This document shows positions 27,804 through 37,855 of a stretch of 64,000 bases of DNA, in pieces (position 1 is the first letter of the stretch; every line of letters begins with the position of its first letter). This DNA is from Acidobacteriaceae bacterium (GTDB taxonomy: Bacteria; Acidobacteriota; Terriglobia; Terriglobales; Acidobacteriaceae), in NCBI GenBank assembly GCA_052142955.1, contig JBKQVW010000099.1:5881-69880 (forward strand), given 5' to 3'. The position numbers were made by a program, and so were the translations under genes. Below the pieces are notes generated by a model. That model did no database searches. It had not been told where the DNA came from and saw only the letters and a program-made list of their open reading frames with translations.

Positions 27804-28400
27804 TCATCTTCCAACGATATATACGACGGTCAGAACGACTACCCATACGGCGTCGACAAAGTGCCAGTACATCGAGAGTGAGTGAAAGTGTTTGGCTTGA
27901 TCTTCACCGACCATGCCAAACAGTCCAAGAACCAACACCACGGTGAGCATGAGCAACCCGATCGCGACGTGGGTGGCGTGCAACCCCACGAGCGAATAGA
28001 AGGTGGTACCAAACAGGCTGGTGTGGATGGTGAAATTGTGTTGATAAATCAGGTCGAGCCATTCTTTTGCCGTGCCCAACAGGAAAATGAGCCCCAGCAG
28101 GATGGTGCCCGCGAGCCAGCCGATAAATGCCGGCTGACTTTTCTTTTTCAGGCCGTTGACGGAAAGGTGGACGGTGAGGCTGCTGGAAAGCAAACAGACG
28201 GTGCCAAGGATCGGCAGCTTGAGAATTTCCCTGGGAGTGGGTCCGCTGAGACTTTTTCCCATGTAGTAAATGTAGGCCACGACAAAGATGAGGAACATGG
28301 CCGATTCGGCAGTGATCAAACACCACATGCCCACGCTGCCCCGGTCAGGCAATTCCCAAGGCTCGTCCTTGACGTCGAAGGTGAAGGGAATCGTCGTCAT
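27804..28400 (-). CDS. ctaE: Cytochrome c oxidase subunit III (short, 5-TM type)
   Basis: 198 aa with subunit III-like helices. 4-nt overlap with the ctaD stop. Confidence 0.85.
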   Translation of the reverse strand: MTTIPFTFDVKDEPWELPDRGSVGMWCLITAESAMFLIFVVAYIYYMGKSLSGPTPREILKLPILGTVCLLSSSLTVHLSVNGLKKKSQPAFIGWLAGTILLGLIFLLGTAKEWLDLIYQHNFTIHTSLFGTTFYSLVGLHATHVAIGLLMLTVVLVLGLFGMVGEDQAKHFHSLSMYWHFVDAVWVVVLTVVYIVGR

Positions 28401-30118
28401 TTTTGGGCCGCCAGTCGATTCTCGGTTTCGAACTCATACTTCCAGTCGGGATCTTCCGGATGCTTCAGATCCCACAGCGGGCGACGGCTGCGGACCATGG
28501 GATCTTCGGCGAAGTTGTAGCTGGGAGGAGGCGAGGTGGTGGCCCATTCCAGCGTCCAGGCGTCCCAGGGATCGTTGCCGGCAAGTTCCCCGCGAAAGTG
28601 GGAACGCACCAGGTTGTAGACGAAGATGAGGATGGCAATCGCCTGGATAAAGGCCCCCATGGTCATGATCAGGTTCCAGGTCGCCCAATGATGACCGGGC
28701 TCATAGGTGTAGATTTCGCGCGGCATGCCGAGCAGGCCGACGATGTGCATGAAGTCGAAGGTCATCTGGAAGCCGAGGACGAAAAGCCAGAAATGCCACT
28801 TCCCTAACCTCTCGCTCATCATGCGCCCGGTGATCTTGGGGAACCAGTAATAGAACGCGGCAAACAGCGCGAAAAGAATTCCGCCGACAATCACGTAGTG
28901 AAAATGGGCGACGACGAAATAGGAGTTGTGCAATTGCCAGTCGAACGGCGCGACCGCCAGCATGATTCCCGTCAGTCCAGCAAGCGTGAACTGGAACAGA
29001 AACGCGGTGCAGAACAGCATGGGGACGGTGAAATGGATCTTACCGCCCCACATGGTGGCCAGCCAGTTGAAGATTTTGATTCCCGTGGGCACGGCGATGA
29101 TCATGGTGGAAAGCACGAAGGCGGTGTTGGCCGCCGCTCCCATGCCCACCGTGAACATGTGGTGGGCCCAAACTGTGAAGCTGATAAATCCAATGCCGAC
29201 GGAGGCGGCCACCATGGCCGGATATCCAAAGATGGCTTTGCGCGAAAACACGGGAATGATTTCGTTCACAAATCCAAAGGCAGGCAGCACCAGGATGTAG
29301 ACTTCGGGATGCCCAAAGATCCAGAAGAAATGCGCCCACAGAACGGCGGAACCGCCGGCCTGCGTGTCAAAAAAATGTGCGCCGAGAAAGCGGTCGATCA
29401 AGAGCATGATCTGGGCGGCCGACAGAGGGGGAATCCCGCCCAAGGCCATCACGGACGTGACCAGCATCAGCCAGACGAACAGCGGCATACGATTCAGTTT
29501 CATCCCTTTGCAGCGCATGCAAAGGGTGGTGGCTACGATATTCAGCGCGGTGCCGATGGTCCCAATCCCGCTGACCAAGATTCCCAGCGCCCAATAGTCG
29601 GCGGCATGACTTTTTGAAAACGCGACGGAGGTGAGCGGCGCATACGCAAACCAGCCCTGATCGGGAATTCCGGAGCCGCCGTAGAGACCTGTGCCTCCCA
29701 GGAGGCTGAAATAGAGCAACAGGGCGCCGAAGAAAAAAATCCAGAAACTGAAGGCATTGAGCCGGGGAAATGCCATGTCGCGGGCGCCGATCATCAGCGG
29801 CACCAGGTAATTTCCAAAGCCGAACAAAATCGGCATGGCCACGAAAAAGATCATGGTGGTGCCGTGCAGCGTGAACAGCTGATTGAAGTGTTCCGGAGAG
29901 AGAAATGTCGACTCGGGCCGGGCAAGCTGGATGCGGATCAGCAGGATCTCAACGCCGCCGACGAGGAGAAACATCAGCGCAGCGGCAATGTACATGAGCC
30001 CGATTTTTTTGTGATCGGTGGTAACAATCCACTCATGCATCACCTCTAACCAGAGCCGGGGATGCTTCTCCTTCGGAGTTAGATCAAGCACTCCTGACAG
30101 TGGTATGGAATCAGCCAT
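28397..30118 (-). CDS. ctaD: Cytochrome c oxidase subunit I (haem-copper oxidase, A-type)
   Basis: 573 aa with 12+ TM. Motifs WFFGHPEVYIL-like (IFGHPEVYILVLP) and VWAHHMF. Confidence 0.95.
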   Translation of the reverse strand: MADSIPLSGVLDLTPKEKHPRLWLEVMHEWIVTTDHKKIGLMYIAAALMFLLVGGVEILLIRIQLARPESTFLSPEHFNQLFTLHGTTMIFFVAMPILFGFGNYLVPLMIGARDMAFPRLNAFSFWIFFFGALLLYFSLLGGTGLYGGSGIPDQGWFAYAPLTSVAFSKSHAADYWALGILVSGIGTIGTALNIVATTLCMRCKGMKLNRMPLFVWLMLVTSVMALGGIPPLSAAQIMLLIDRFLGAHFFDTQAGGSAVLWAHFFWIFGHPEVYILVLPAFGFVNEIIPVFSRKAIFGYPAMVAASVGIGFISFTVWAHHMFTVGMGAAANTAFVLSTMIIAVPTGIKIFNWLATMWGGKIHFTVPMLFCTAFLFQFTLAGLTGIMLAVAPFDWQLHNSYFVVAHFHYVIVGGILFALFAAFYYWFPKITGRMMSERLGKWHFWLFVLGFQMTFDFMHIVGLLGMPREIYTYEPGHHWATWNLIMTMGAFIQAIAILIFVYNLVRSHFRGELAGNDPWDAWTLEWATTSPPPSYNFAEDPMVRSRRPLWDLKHPEDPDWKYEFETENRLAAQK

Positions 30119-30143
30119 GCAATGCGCCTCTCACTTTCCCAGC

Positions 30144-31205
30144 TTACTTCAGTGTCACAAGATAGGACGCGATCAACGCGACGTCCTTATCGCTCAATTT
30201 CATGGCCGGCATCAAACAGCCGGGCTTGTAGAAGTCGGGGTCTTTGATCCAGCCCTCGAGGTTGCCGCGGGTGTTGGGCAACGTGCCCGATGCAATGGTG
30301 TCGCGGCTCATCAGGTGGGTCAGGTCCGGTCCGAAGCGGCCATTCGCCACGGTGCCGCGGATGGTGTGGCAGTTGATGCAGGCGCTCCGTTCGAACACGG
30401 CCCGTCCGGCGGCGACACTGGGATCTTGCACCGCATTTTTTTCCTGATTGGCGACCCACTTCTGGAAATCGGCGGGCGTCTGCGCGTACACGCGAATTAA
30501 CATCCGGGCATGTTCGGCGCCGCAGAATTGCGCGCACTGCCCGAGATAGATTCCCGTCGCTTCGGGTTGAATCCACATCTCGTTCACCTGGCCCGCCATC
30601 ATGTCGGTCTTGCCGCCCAGGCGGGGGACCCAGAAACTATGATCGACATCCGCGGTGACAAGTTTCATAAAGGTGGGCACGGGATGTTTTGCATCGCCGC
30701 TGACCGGAACATGCAACTCGTTCGCCGTCACAAACTTATATTTCGGGTAGGCAAACTCCCACCACCACTGGTGGCCGGTAACGGTAACATCCAGCGCCTG
30801 CCCGGGTTGAGGCTCGTGTTGGATGCTAAAGATGATTCGCACAGTCGAGAGAAACAGCACCACGACAATCAGGATGGGAAAAACGGTCCACGCCAGTTCG
30901 ATCTGATTGCTTCCATAAATCTGGGGCGGCTCGCGTTCGTCGTCGCCAGGCCGGTGGCGATAGCGAACAATGACGAAAAGCAGCAATCCGGAGACGGTAA
31001 CGAAAATGGCGCCGGTAATAATGAGCACGAAGATGGAAAGACGGAAAATTTCGTGGGCAGGCGCCGATTGTGGAGAGAAGATATTGGTCGAAGAAGTGAA
31101 CAGCCTCTGGAAAAAGCCTCCGCTGGAGCCAGTCACCATAGCCAGAACGGCACGATGGGAGGTGGAATGGCCATGCAACGCCGCCGACAACAGGGTGGGC
31201 CGCAC
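30144..31205 (-). CDS. ctaC: Cytochrome c oxidase subunit II with fused C-terminal cytochrome c (caa3-type)
   Basis: Two TM helices, CuA site H...CAQFCGAEHARM, C-terminal CINCH domain. The ORF is open to 31463. I place the start at GTG 31205 (alternative ATG 31139), and this placement is uncertain. Confidence 0.85.
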   Translation of the reverse strand: MRPTLLSAALHGHSTSHRAVLAMVTGSSGGFFQRLFTSSTNIFSPQSAPAHEIFRLSIFVLIITGAIFVTVSGLLLFVIVRYRHRPGDDEREPPQIYGSNQIELAWTVFPILIVVVLFLSTVRIIFSIQHEPQPGQALDVTVTGHQWWWEFAYPKYKFVTANELHVPVSGDAKHPVPTFMKLVTADVDHSFWVPRLGGKTDMMAGQVNEMWIQPEATGIYLGQCAQFCGAEHARMLIRVYAQTPADFQKWVANQEKNAVQDPSVAAGRAVFERSACINCHTIRGTVANGRFGPDLTHLMSRDTIASGTLPNTRGNLEGWIKDPDFYKPGCLMPAMKLSDKDVALIASYLVTLK

Positions 31206-31487
31206 GGCATTCAAACAAAAGAACTTCAACGCAGGACTCCTGAAACGCTGAGCTACTCTTTGGAATGTATCAAAGAAATTTCCGGGGGCGCCGGCCCAGA
31301 TCACCAGGTCCGGCGATACAAGCAACATTGTCAGTATGACATGGTTCTCCAGCGTACCAAGGAGGGATTGTTTTCCGTGAATTTCTGTTGGATGCATTGC
31401 CCTGCTGCCGGGGTGCATTTTTTTTGCTAACGGCGCATGCGCTTGCGGAGGACGCAGCCGCACCCACCGATCATTGACGGCAACTGC

Positions 31488-32414
31488 CTACTGGCGGATA
31501 CGCGGATTGGCGAGGATATACAGCGCATCGGTGAGCAGGTTGACCAGCACATAGGTCAGACCGATGGCCAGAATACAGCCCTGCACCAGGGGATAATCGC
31601 GATTGGAAATGGCCGAGATGGTGAGTCGCCCGATGCCGGGCCAGGCGAAGATGGTCTCGGTCACAATGGCGCCGGCCAGCAACACTCCAAACTGCAGGCC
31701 GACCACCGTCAGCAGAGGAATCATCGCATTGGGCAGCGCATGACGGTAGACGATTGCGCGCTCGGAAAGTCCTTTGGCGCGGGCGGTACGGACATAGTCC
31801 TGGCCGAGTTCCTCCAGCATAGAGGTGCGCACCATGCGCGTCAGGATCGCCGCCAGAGCGGACCCCATGGTGAGGGTGGGAAGAATGAAATTCTGCCACG
31901 ATCCCGTGCCCGAGACGGGAAGCCATCCCAGCAAGATTCCAAAAATGAGAATCAAGATGGGCCCCAGGGTGAAGCTTGGAAAGGAAACGCCAAACAAACT
32001 GATCACGCCCAGGCTTTGGTCCTGCCACTTGGAGCGGTGCCTCGCGGAGGCAATGCCGGCGGGAAACGACAGCAGAATCGCGAGCAGGATTGCCGGAATG
32101 GCAAGCTCCAGCGTGTAGGGATACCGTGACAAAATCAGCTGGGTCACCGGCCTGTTGAAACGAATCGACTGCCCCAGGCTGCCATGCAGCACGCCATCCC
32201 AATAGCGAACATATTGGGTGCCGAGTGGAACATCCAATCCATAGGCATGGCGCAATGCGCCGATGTCGGAGGCGGTCGCTCCCTCGCCCAGCATCTGTTC
32301 CACTGGATCTCCGGGCACCAGATGAATCAGAAGAAAAATGAGTGAGACCACGATCCACAGCACGGGGAGTACCAGCAGGAGCCGCTTCAGAACCGTTCGC
32401 CAGGCTGCCTTCAT
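31488..32414 (-). CDS. ABC transporter permease, DppB/OppB-like
   Basis: 308 aa with 6 TM. N-terminal LLVLPVLWIVVSLIFLLIHLVPGDP and AYGLDVPLGTQYVRYW are typical of peptide/nickel permeases. No second permease or ATPase gene is adjacent. Confidence 0.8.
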   Translation of the reverse strand: MKAAWRTVLKRLLLVLPVLWIVVSLIFLLIHLVPGDPVEQMLGEGATASDIGALRHAYGLDVPLGTQYVRYWDGVLHGSLGQSIRFNRPVTQLILSRYPYTLELAIPAILLAILLSFPAGIASARHRSKWQDQSLGVISLFGVSFPSFTLGPILILIFGILLGWLPVSGTGSWQNFILPTLTMGSALAAILTRMVRTSMLEELGQDYVRTARAKGLSERAIVYRHALPNAMIPLLTVVGLQFGVLLAGAIVTETIFAWPGIGRLTISAISNRDYPLVQGCILAIGLTYVLVNLLTDALYILANPRIRQ

Positions 32415-33922
32415 GCGGGACGGTCCCCTTCGTGTTTGGTCACGACGTTCTGGGTCGCGGCATGTTCCGCTTCGGCGGAGGGGTCGATGCTTTCGGATTT
32501 CTCCGGCAACGTTGCGTCCTTGTCGAAGAAGAGGGAGGCTTGCGCCTGCAGGTGCGGCAACGGTCCTTGATCGGCGGCGACCGGCTCAACGCGGACGCGC
32601 GTGATACGGCGATCTTCCATGGAAGCGACGGTGAATTCTCGTCCGTCCTGCACGAAAGAATCCCCTACCCTGGGAATTTTCTGCATGTGCACCAGCAGAA
32701 ATCCGGCGAGGGTCTCGACGCCGCCATCGTGCGGCAGATGCCATCCCATTTGCGTCTCCAGGTCCAGCAGGGTTACGTTGCCGTGCAGCACCAGCGTACC
32801 CGAGGAAAGTTTCTGCATGGAACTGTCGCGCACATCGAACTCATCTTCCATTTCCCCGACAATCTGCTCCAGCGCATCTTCGACCGTAACCAATCCGGTG
32901 ATGGAGCCAAATTCATCGACGACAATGGCCAGATGCCTTCTTCGAGTTTGAAACTCGGTCAGCAGATCGGCAACCGCCTTGGTTTCCGGAACGATGATGA
33001 CATCATGCATCAACTGACCTAACCGCATCTCGGGTTCGCCGTTGCGGATGGCGTTTGCGGACGGCGCCGGCTGCACGATGGCGCGAAAATGCATCAGCCT
33101 TGCCAGGTCCTTGGCATAGACCACGCCGATGATGTGCTCGGGGCCACGCGCGGGATCGAAAACCGGCACGCGCGAGCGCTGCACCTGGGTGATGCGGGCA
33201 TTGGCTTCCGCGAGGGGAAGATTGGCCGGCAGAGAGAAAATCTTCTGTCGCGGCGTCATGATTTCGCGCACCGTGATGGTATCGAGATCGAGCACGCGAT
33301 GGATAATCAACTCCAGTTTTTCCGGCAGCAGGCCCATGCGGCGAGTGGCGGTGGTGATCAGCTTCAACTCCTCAGGAGAATGGACGCTGCCTTCGGGCGC
33401 GCGGGAAAGCCGGAACAGACGCAGCACGATTTCGGCGGAGGAGTTCATCAGGCGGACTAGGGGCCGGGTGACCCGCATAAAAACATGGATGGGACCGGCG
33501 ATGGCCAACGCCATTTTCTCGCCCTGGCGCAGGGCGAGCGACTTGGGAACCAGTTCGCCGAAAATGACCTCCAGATAGGTAATCAGGCTGAAAGCCAGCA
33601 CGGCGGACAGGACGCCGCCGTAGAAGCGCGCATGGGGCAGGACAGAAAGCCAGGGCAGCAGAAAGCGAGCGACAAACGGCTCGCCCAACCAGCCCAGGGT
33701 CAGGCTGGCCAGGGTGACGCCGAGTTGTACGGCGGGCAAAAGCCCGTCTAAATTGGCCTGCAGCTCGGCGACAATGCGGGCGCTGGAACGTTTCTCCTCA
33801 ATGAGTTGCTGCACGCGTGTTCGCCGCAACGAGACCAGCGCAAACTCCGCCGCGACAAAAAATGCGTTGGCCAGGATCAGCGCCGCGATTGCGGCAGCTC
33901 GAAATAGCGGCAGACTTGGCAT
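32411..33922 (-). CDS. CNNM/CorC-family protein (DUF21 membrane domain + CBS pair + CorC_HlyC)
   Basis: 503 aa with the typical N-terminal 4-TM DUF21, a CBS pair and a C-terminal transporter-associated domain. 4-nt overlap with the permease start. Confidence 0.85.
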   Translation of the reverse strand: MPSLPLFRAAAIAALILANAFFVAAEFALVSLRRTRVQQLIEEKRSSARIVAELQANLDGLLPAVQLGVTLASLTLGWLGEPFVARFLLPWLSVLPHARFYGGVLSAVLAFSLITYLEVIFGELVPKSLALRQGEKMALAIAGPIHVFMRVTRPLVRLMNSSAEIVLRLFRLSRAPEGSVHSPEELKLITTATRRMGLLPEKLELIIHRVLDLDTITVREIMTPRQKIFSLPANLPLAEANARITQVQRSRVPVFDPARGPEHIIGVVYAKDLARLMHFRAIVQPAPSANAIRNGEPEMRLGQLMHDVIIVPETKAVADLLTEFQTRRRHLAIVVDEFGSITGLVTVEDALEQIVGEMEDEFDVRDSSMQKLSSGTLVLHGNVTLLDLETQMGWHLPHDGGVETLAGFLLVHMQKIPRVGDSFVQDGREFTVASMEDRRITRVRVEPVAADQGPLPHLQAQASLFFDKDATLPEKSESIDPSAEAEHAATQNVVTKHEGDRPA

Positions 33923-34168
33923 TCGCCTCCGAGTCTAAAGCAAAACCAGGGATACTGTGACCTGACTCGTTTCGCGCCAGGTTGGGCGCAACCGCCGGAA
34001 ATCCGCCCCGCCAAGCCGTGCAGGCTCAATACGAACCTGTATGTAGCATGCTTTCCGCCGGCATTTGGGAGTTAGTTTCCCGGGAACCCTGGTCAGGATT
34101 TCCTCGTAAGTTTCGCTGGCCGGTAGTACATTCTGATTAATCTTACGTTTCGTCGGAGGATTCCCCCC

Positions 34169-35083
34169 ATGTATGCTCCACGACTTGCTACGGCCATCCT
34201 TGCCCTCATTTGCGTCCCAGCTCTTTGCTATGCGGCTGAGCCGGAGTTCCAACGCTCCCTGACCGTCAACGGCAATCTTACGTTCAACGTCTGCACCACC
34301 TCCGGATCGATCCATGTATCGGGAGTGGACGGCAACAAGGTCCAAATCGCGGCCAAGCTTCATAACAGCACTTGGCACACTACTGGCACGTCCGGCGATA
34401 TGAAGGAGATTGTTGCAAATCCTCCGATCAAACAAACGGGCAACGAAATCAAGGTCGGCGACCCCGATACGTGCGGCGGCGCAAAGGCCCACAACATCGA
34501 CATCGATTATGAGATCTCGGTTCCGAAGAACTCCACGGTAGAGGCCGTCACGGGACCGGGTAGCGTCCACGTGGAAAATATCGGCGGTTTCGTCCATGCG
34601 GCTGCGGGCAGCGGCGCTATCATCGCCAGCAACATCGGGCCGGATTCCAAGCTTGCCACCCGTGCCGGGACGATCGATATTCAGGGAGCCCACGGAGCGT
34701 TGATGGCCATCACCGACTCCGGCAATCTATCGATTCGCGATTCCGACGTGAGCGAAGCGCGGCTGCACACTGGCTCGGGAAACATTACGACTACGAACCT
34801 TCATGGCGGCATGCGGGTCAACTCGGGCACCGGCAATCTGACCATCGGCGGCCTGCCGACCGCTGATTGGAAACTCGAGACCGGTTCGGGAGCCATTCAA
34901 ATCCACGTCGATGCGAATGCGAAATTTACCCTGGACGCGGAGACCGGTTCGGGCACGATCGATTCGAACTTGCCGAGCCCACTTTCCGGTCACGTCACGA
35001 ACGGCGTGCTGAAAGGGCCCGTGAACGGCGGCGGCCCGGTGGTCCAGTTGTACACGGGTTCGGGAAATATCACTTTCGACTAG
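34169..35083 (+). CDS. Secreted beta-strand-repeat protein (DUF4097/putative adhesin-like)
   Basis: Signal peptide. Repeated TGSGNIT/SGTGNLT/TGSGAIQ/TGSGTID/TGSGNITFD units suggest a beta-helix. Confidence 0.5.
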   Translation: MYAPRLATAILALICVPALCYAAEPEFQRSLTVNGNLTFNVCTTSGSIHVSGVDGNKVQIAAKLHNSTWHTTGTSGDMKEIVANPPIKQTGNEIKVGDPDTCGGAKAHNIDIDYEISVPKNSTVEAVTGPGSVHVENIGGFVHAAAGSGAIIASNIGPDSKLATRAGTIDIQGAHGALMAITDSGNLSIRDSDVSEARLHTGSGNITTTNLHGGMRVNSGTGNLTIGGLPTADWKLETGSGAIQIHVDANAKFTLDAETGSGTIDSNLPSPLSGHVTNGVLKGPVNGGGPVVQLYTGSGNITFD

Positions 35084-35204
35084 ACATTTCGCCGACAATT
35101 CAGAGGCCGCGAATAGATTTCTGCACGACCCTCTGCGCGATGCGGTCTATGGCGGCGGTCCCGTCGCCGTTTTTTGGCGGCACAATTTCGCATACAGTAG
35201 AGAT

Positions 35205-35888
35205 ATGGTTCATGAACCCCGCACCATTCCCGCCGAGCGTTTTCGCCTGATCGTGTTCGATCTGGACGGAACGCTGATTGACTCGCGGGCCGACCTGGCG
35301 CAGTCCGTAAATGCGATGCTGCGATACCTGGATCGGCCTGAGCTGCCCGAGGACGTCATCGCCAGCTATATCGGCAACGGCGTTGGAATGCTGGTGCGCC
35401 GCGCGCTGGGAGACCCTGAAGATGCCGCGCTACTGGAGAAAGGCGCCGAGTATTTTCTCTCCTACTACCGCAAGCACAAGCTGGACAATACCTACGTGTA
35501 TCCCGGAATGTTGCCGCTGCTGGACACGTTGCGCAACCATCCGCAGCAGCCGAGGCTGGCGGTGCTGACCAACAAACCGGTGGGACCGTCGCGGGCAATC
35601 TGCGAAGCATTGGGATTGGCGGAAGGAATGTTTCGCATCTACGGCGGCGACAGCTTCCCAACCAAGAAGCCGGATGCGATGGGGTTGCAGTCCCTGATGC
35701 GCGAAGCCAACGTGGAGGCCCATCAGGCGGTGATGATCGGGGATTCCGATGTGGACGTTCTGGTGGCCAAGAACGCCGGCACATTTTCCATCGGCTGCAG
35801 CTACGGTCTTTCGCCGCACACGCTGGAGATTGTGCCGCCGAATGTCATGGTCCACGCACCCCTGGACTTGATGCCTCTGCTGACGTGA
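35205..35888 (+). CDS. HAD-superfamily phosphatase (phosphoglycolate phosphatase-like)
   Basis: FDLDGTLIDS motif I, LTNK motif II, GDSDVDV motif IV. Confidence 0.75.
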   Translation: MVHEPRTIPAERFRLIVFDLDGTLIDSRADLAQSVNAMLRYLDRPELPEDVIASYIGNGVGMLVRRALGDPEDAALLEKGAEYFLSYYRKHKLDNTYVYPGMLPLLDTLRNHPQQPRLAVLTNKPVGPSRAICEALGLAEGMFRIYGGDSFPTKKPDAMGLQSLMREANVEAHQAVMIGDSDVDVLVAKNAGTFSIGCSYGLSPHTLEIVPPNVMVHAPLDLMPLLT

Positions 35889-35979
35889 TCGGCGGGAATT
35901 TTTGCCGGTCCAGTTACCTGGCCGGTTGGCTGCCGAGAACACGCTCCGGAGGAACCGCTCCGCGGCTTGATATTCAGTT

Positions 35980-37803
35980 TTAATCTAGCAGCGGCGCCAC
36001 AATCATATTCGACAAAAACTCCTCGCGGTCAAGGAAAGGCCACAAATCCTCGAGAGGTCGGGAAACAAAGGATCCATCCGGCTTTTGCGTCGAGGAGAGC
36101 CGAGGGGCCCTGGTCTCGTCCGGGATTACGTGAACATCGCACAGGACCGGTCCCGGGGTATCAAGCACAGCCCGCACCTCCCGGCGCAGATTTCGCTGGT
36201 CGGCGATCCGCGCGAATTGGATTCCATACGCGGCGGCGATCTTTTCAAGATTCGGCACCGTGAGTCCGGTGCGGTCATCGCAACCAATGCTGGCCTGTCC
36301 AAAATAGTTTTTCTGCGAAGCGCGGATAGAGGCGTAGCCGTCGTTATTCAGGACAAAAAACTTAATGGGCAAATTCAGCCGCGCTACCGTTTCCAGTTCC
36401 TGAATATTGAATTGGAAACCGCCGTCTCCATCGACACAGATCGTCTGCCTGCGTCCGGCGGCGAGACAAACGGCAATCGACATCGGCAGCCCAAAACCCA
36501 TGCTGCCGAGGCCCGCGGTATGGTAAATGCGCTGGCCGGTGCGGGTGGGACAAGCCAGCAGAAAGATCTCAATGCCGCTGCCGGAGCTGCCGGAAACCAG
36601 TTGGTCGCTGGCGTCGGTTTCGGCGCCAATGATTTCCGCCAGATGATAAATGCTGACCTGGCTGTCTGGGTTGCGATGCTCGTCGGTCACCACGGGATAG
36701 CGCGTCTTCCAGTCGGCACAGCGGCGGTCCCAGGCGGAACGATCGCGGGGACGAATGGCATCGCGCTGCCGTAGCATTTCCATCAAAAATGCACGGGCAT
36801 CGGCGCACACCGGCTGCTGAATATGCGGATGCAATTTGGCCAGCTCCGCCGCGTCGATGTCGACGACCACTTTGTGCGCTTCGCGGGCAAGCTTGTCGGG
36901 CGCGTAGCCGGTAATGGCAAAGTCCAGGCGGACCCCCAACGCCAACAGAAAATCGCAGTTCTGCAGCGCGAAGTTCGCTCCGCGGGCAGCCACGGAACCG
37001 GGACGGCCTACATAGAGCGGCTCATCGCTGGGGACCAGATCGGCAGCGCACCATGTCGCCGCGATAGGAATCTTCAACAACTGCCGCAGCTCGTGAAATT
37101 CCTTTTCCGCGCGGGCGAGGCGTATCCCATTGCCGGCAAACAGCAGCGGACGCTCTGACTTGTTCAGCGCGGCGATCGCCTGTCGAACTTGATCCTGCAA
37201 TGCGGCGTCGGCGGTCGAAACTTCCATCTCGGATGGATCGAAACCCTGGAGCGTCGAGAGATCGTCGATTGGAAACGCCTGCACATCGAGCGGGACGTCA
37301 ATCCACACCGGACCGGGGCGACCTGTGCGTGCCAGGTACACGGCCTTTTCCAGGTGATAGCGAATGCTGGTCGGATCGAGAACTGTGACGGCATATTTTG
37401 TAATCGGGCGCACGATCGAGACAATGTCGACTTCCTGCACTCCGAGCTGCCGCATGCCCAGCGGCTTGCCTTCCGCATCGAACATGCGGTCGGGACGCTT
37501 CACCTGTCCGGAAATAAACAGGACAGGCGTGGAATCGAGCCAGGCCCCGGCAACGCCAGTGACCGCATTCGTGCCGCCCGGTCCGGTGGTCACCATGGCG
37601 ACCCCAAGCGAGTTGGTTGCTTTGGCGTAGGCCTCGGCGCAAATCGCGCTGGCCTGCTCATGCGAATTGCACACGGGTTCAATTGCTTTGCAGCGCGACA
37701 GCGACTCGTTCAGGTGCATTGCTCCACCGCCGGTAACGAGGAAAACGTGCCGGACACCTTGGTCCGCGACAAATTGAGTTACATAATCAGAAAGTTTTGG
37801 CAT
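35980..37803 (-). CDS. Thiamine-diphosphate-dependent enzyme (acetolactate synthase large-subunit-like)
   Basis: 607 aa. N-terminal Pyr domain (VFLVTGGGAMHLNE...TTGPGGTNAVTG) and C-terminal PP domain with GLGSMGFGLP...DGDGGFQFNIQEL. Confidence 0.8.
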   Translation of the reverse strand: MPKLSDYVTQFVADQGVRHVFLVTGGGAMHLNESLSRCKAIEPVCNSHEQASAICAEAYAKATNSLGVAMVTTGPGGTNAVTGVAGAWLDSTPVLFISGQVKRPDRMFDAEGKPLGMRQLGVQEVDIVSIVRPITKYAVTVLDPTSIRYHLEKAVYLARTGRPGPVWIDVPLDVQAFPIDDLSTLQGFDPSEMEVSTADAALQDQVRQAIAALNKSERPLLFAGNGIRLARAEKEFHELRQLLKIPIAATWCAADLVPSDEPLYVGRPGSVAARGANFALQNCDFLLALGVRLDFAITGYAPDKLAREAHKVVVDIDAAELAKLHPHIQQPVCADARAFLMEMLRQRDAIRPRDRSAWDRRCADWKTRYPVVTDEHRNPDSQVSIYHLAEIIGAETDASDQLVSGSSGSGIEIFLLACPTRTGQRIYHTAGLGSMGFGLPMSIAVCLAAGRRQTICVDGDGGFQFNIQELETVARLNLPIKFFVLNNDGYASIRASQKNYFGQASIGCDDRTGLTVPNLEKIAAAYGIQFARIADQRNLRREVRAVLDTPGPVLCDVHVIPDETRAPRLSSTQKPDGSFVSRPLEDLWPFLDREEFLSNMIVAPLLD

Positions 37804-37855
37804 ATTTTTTATCGGAAAGCTTTGGCATGGATTGCTTCACGCTTGGGAGTGGATC

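Noticed and set aside
31259-31274. FNR/CRP-like palindrome TTTGGAATGTATCAAA upstream of the oxidase operon
   Set aside because: It matches only about 8 of 10 consensus positions of TTGAT-N4-ATCAA and is a single occurrence. It cannot be told apart from chance without a genome-wide motif model.
31206-31463. About 86 extra N-terminal codons of the ctaC ORF
   Set aside because: This segment has no subunit II-like sequence and no signal or TM character. It is more likely the promoter and leader of the oxidase operon. The exact start remains uncertain.
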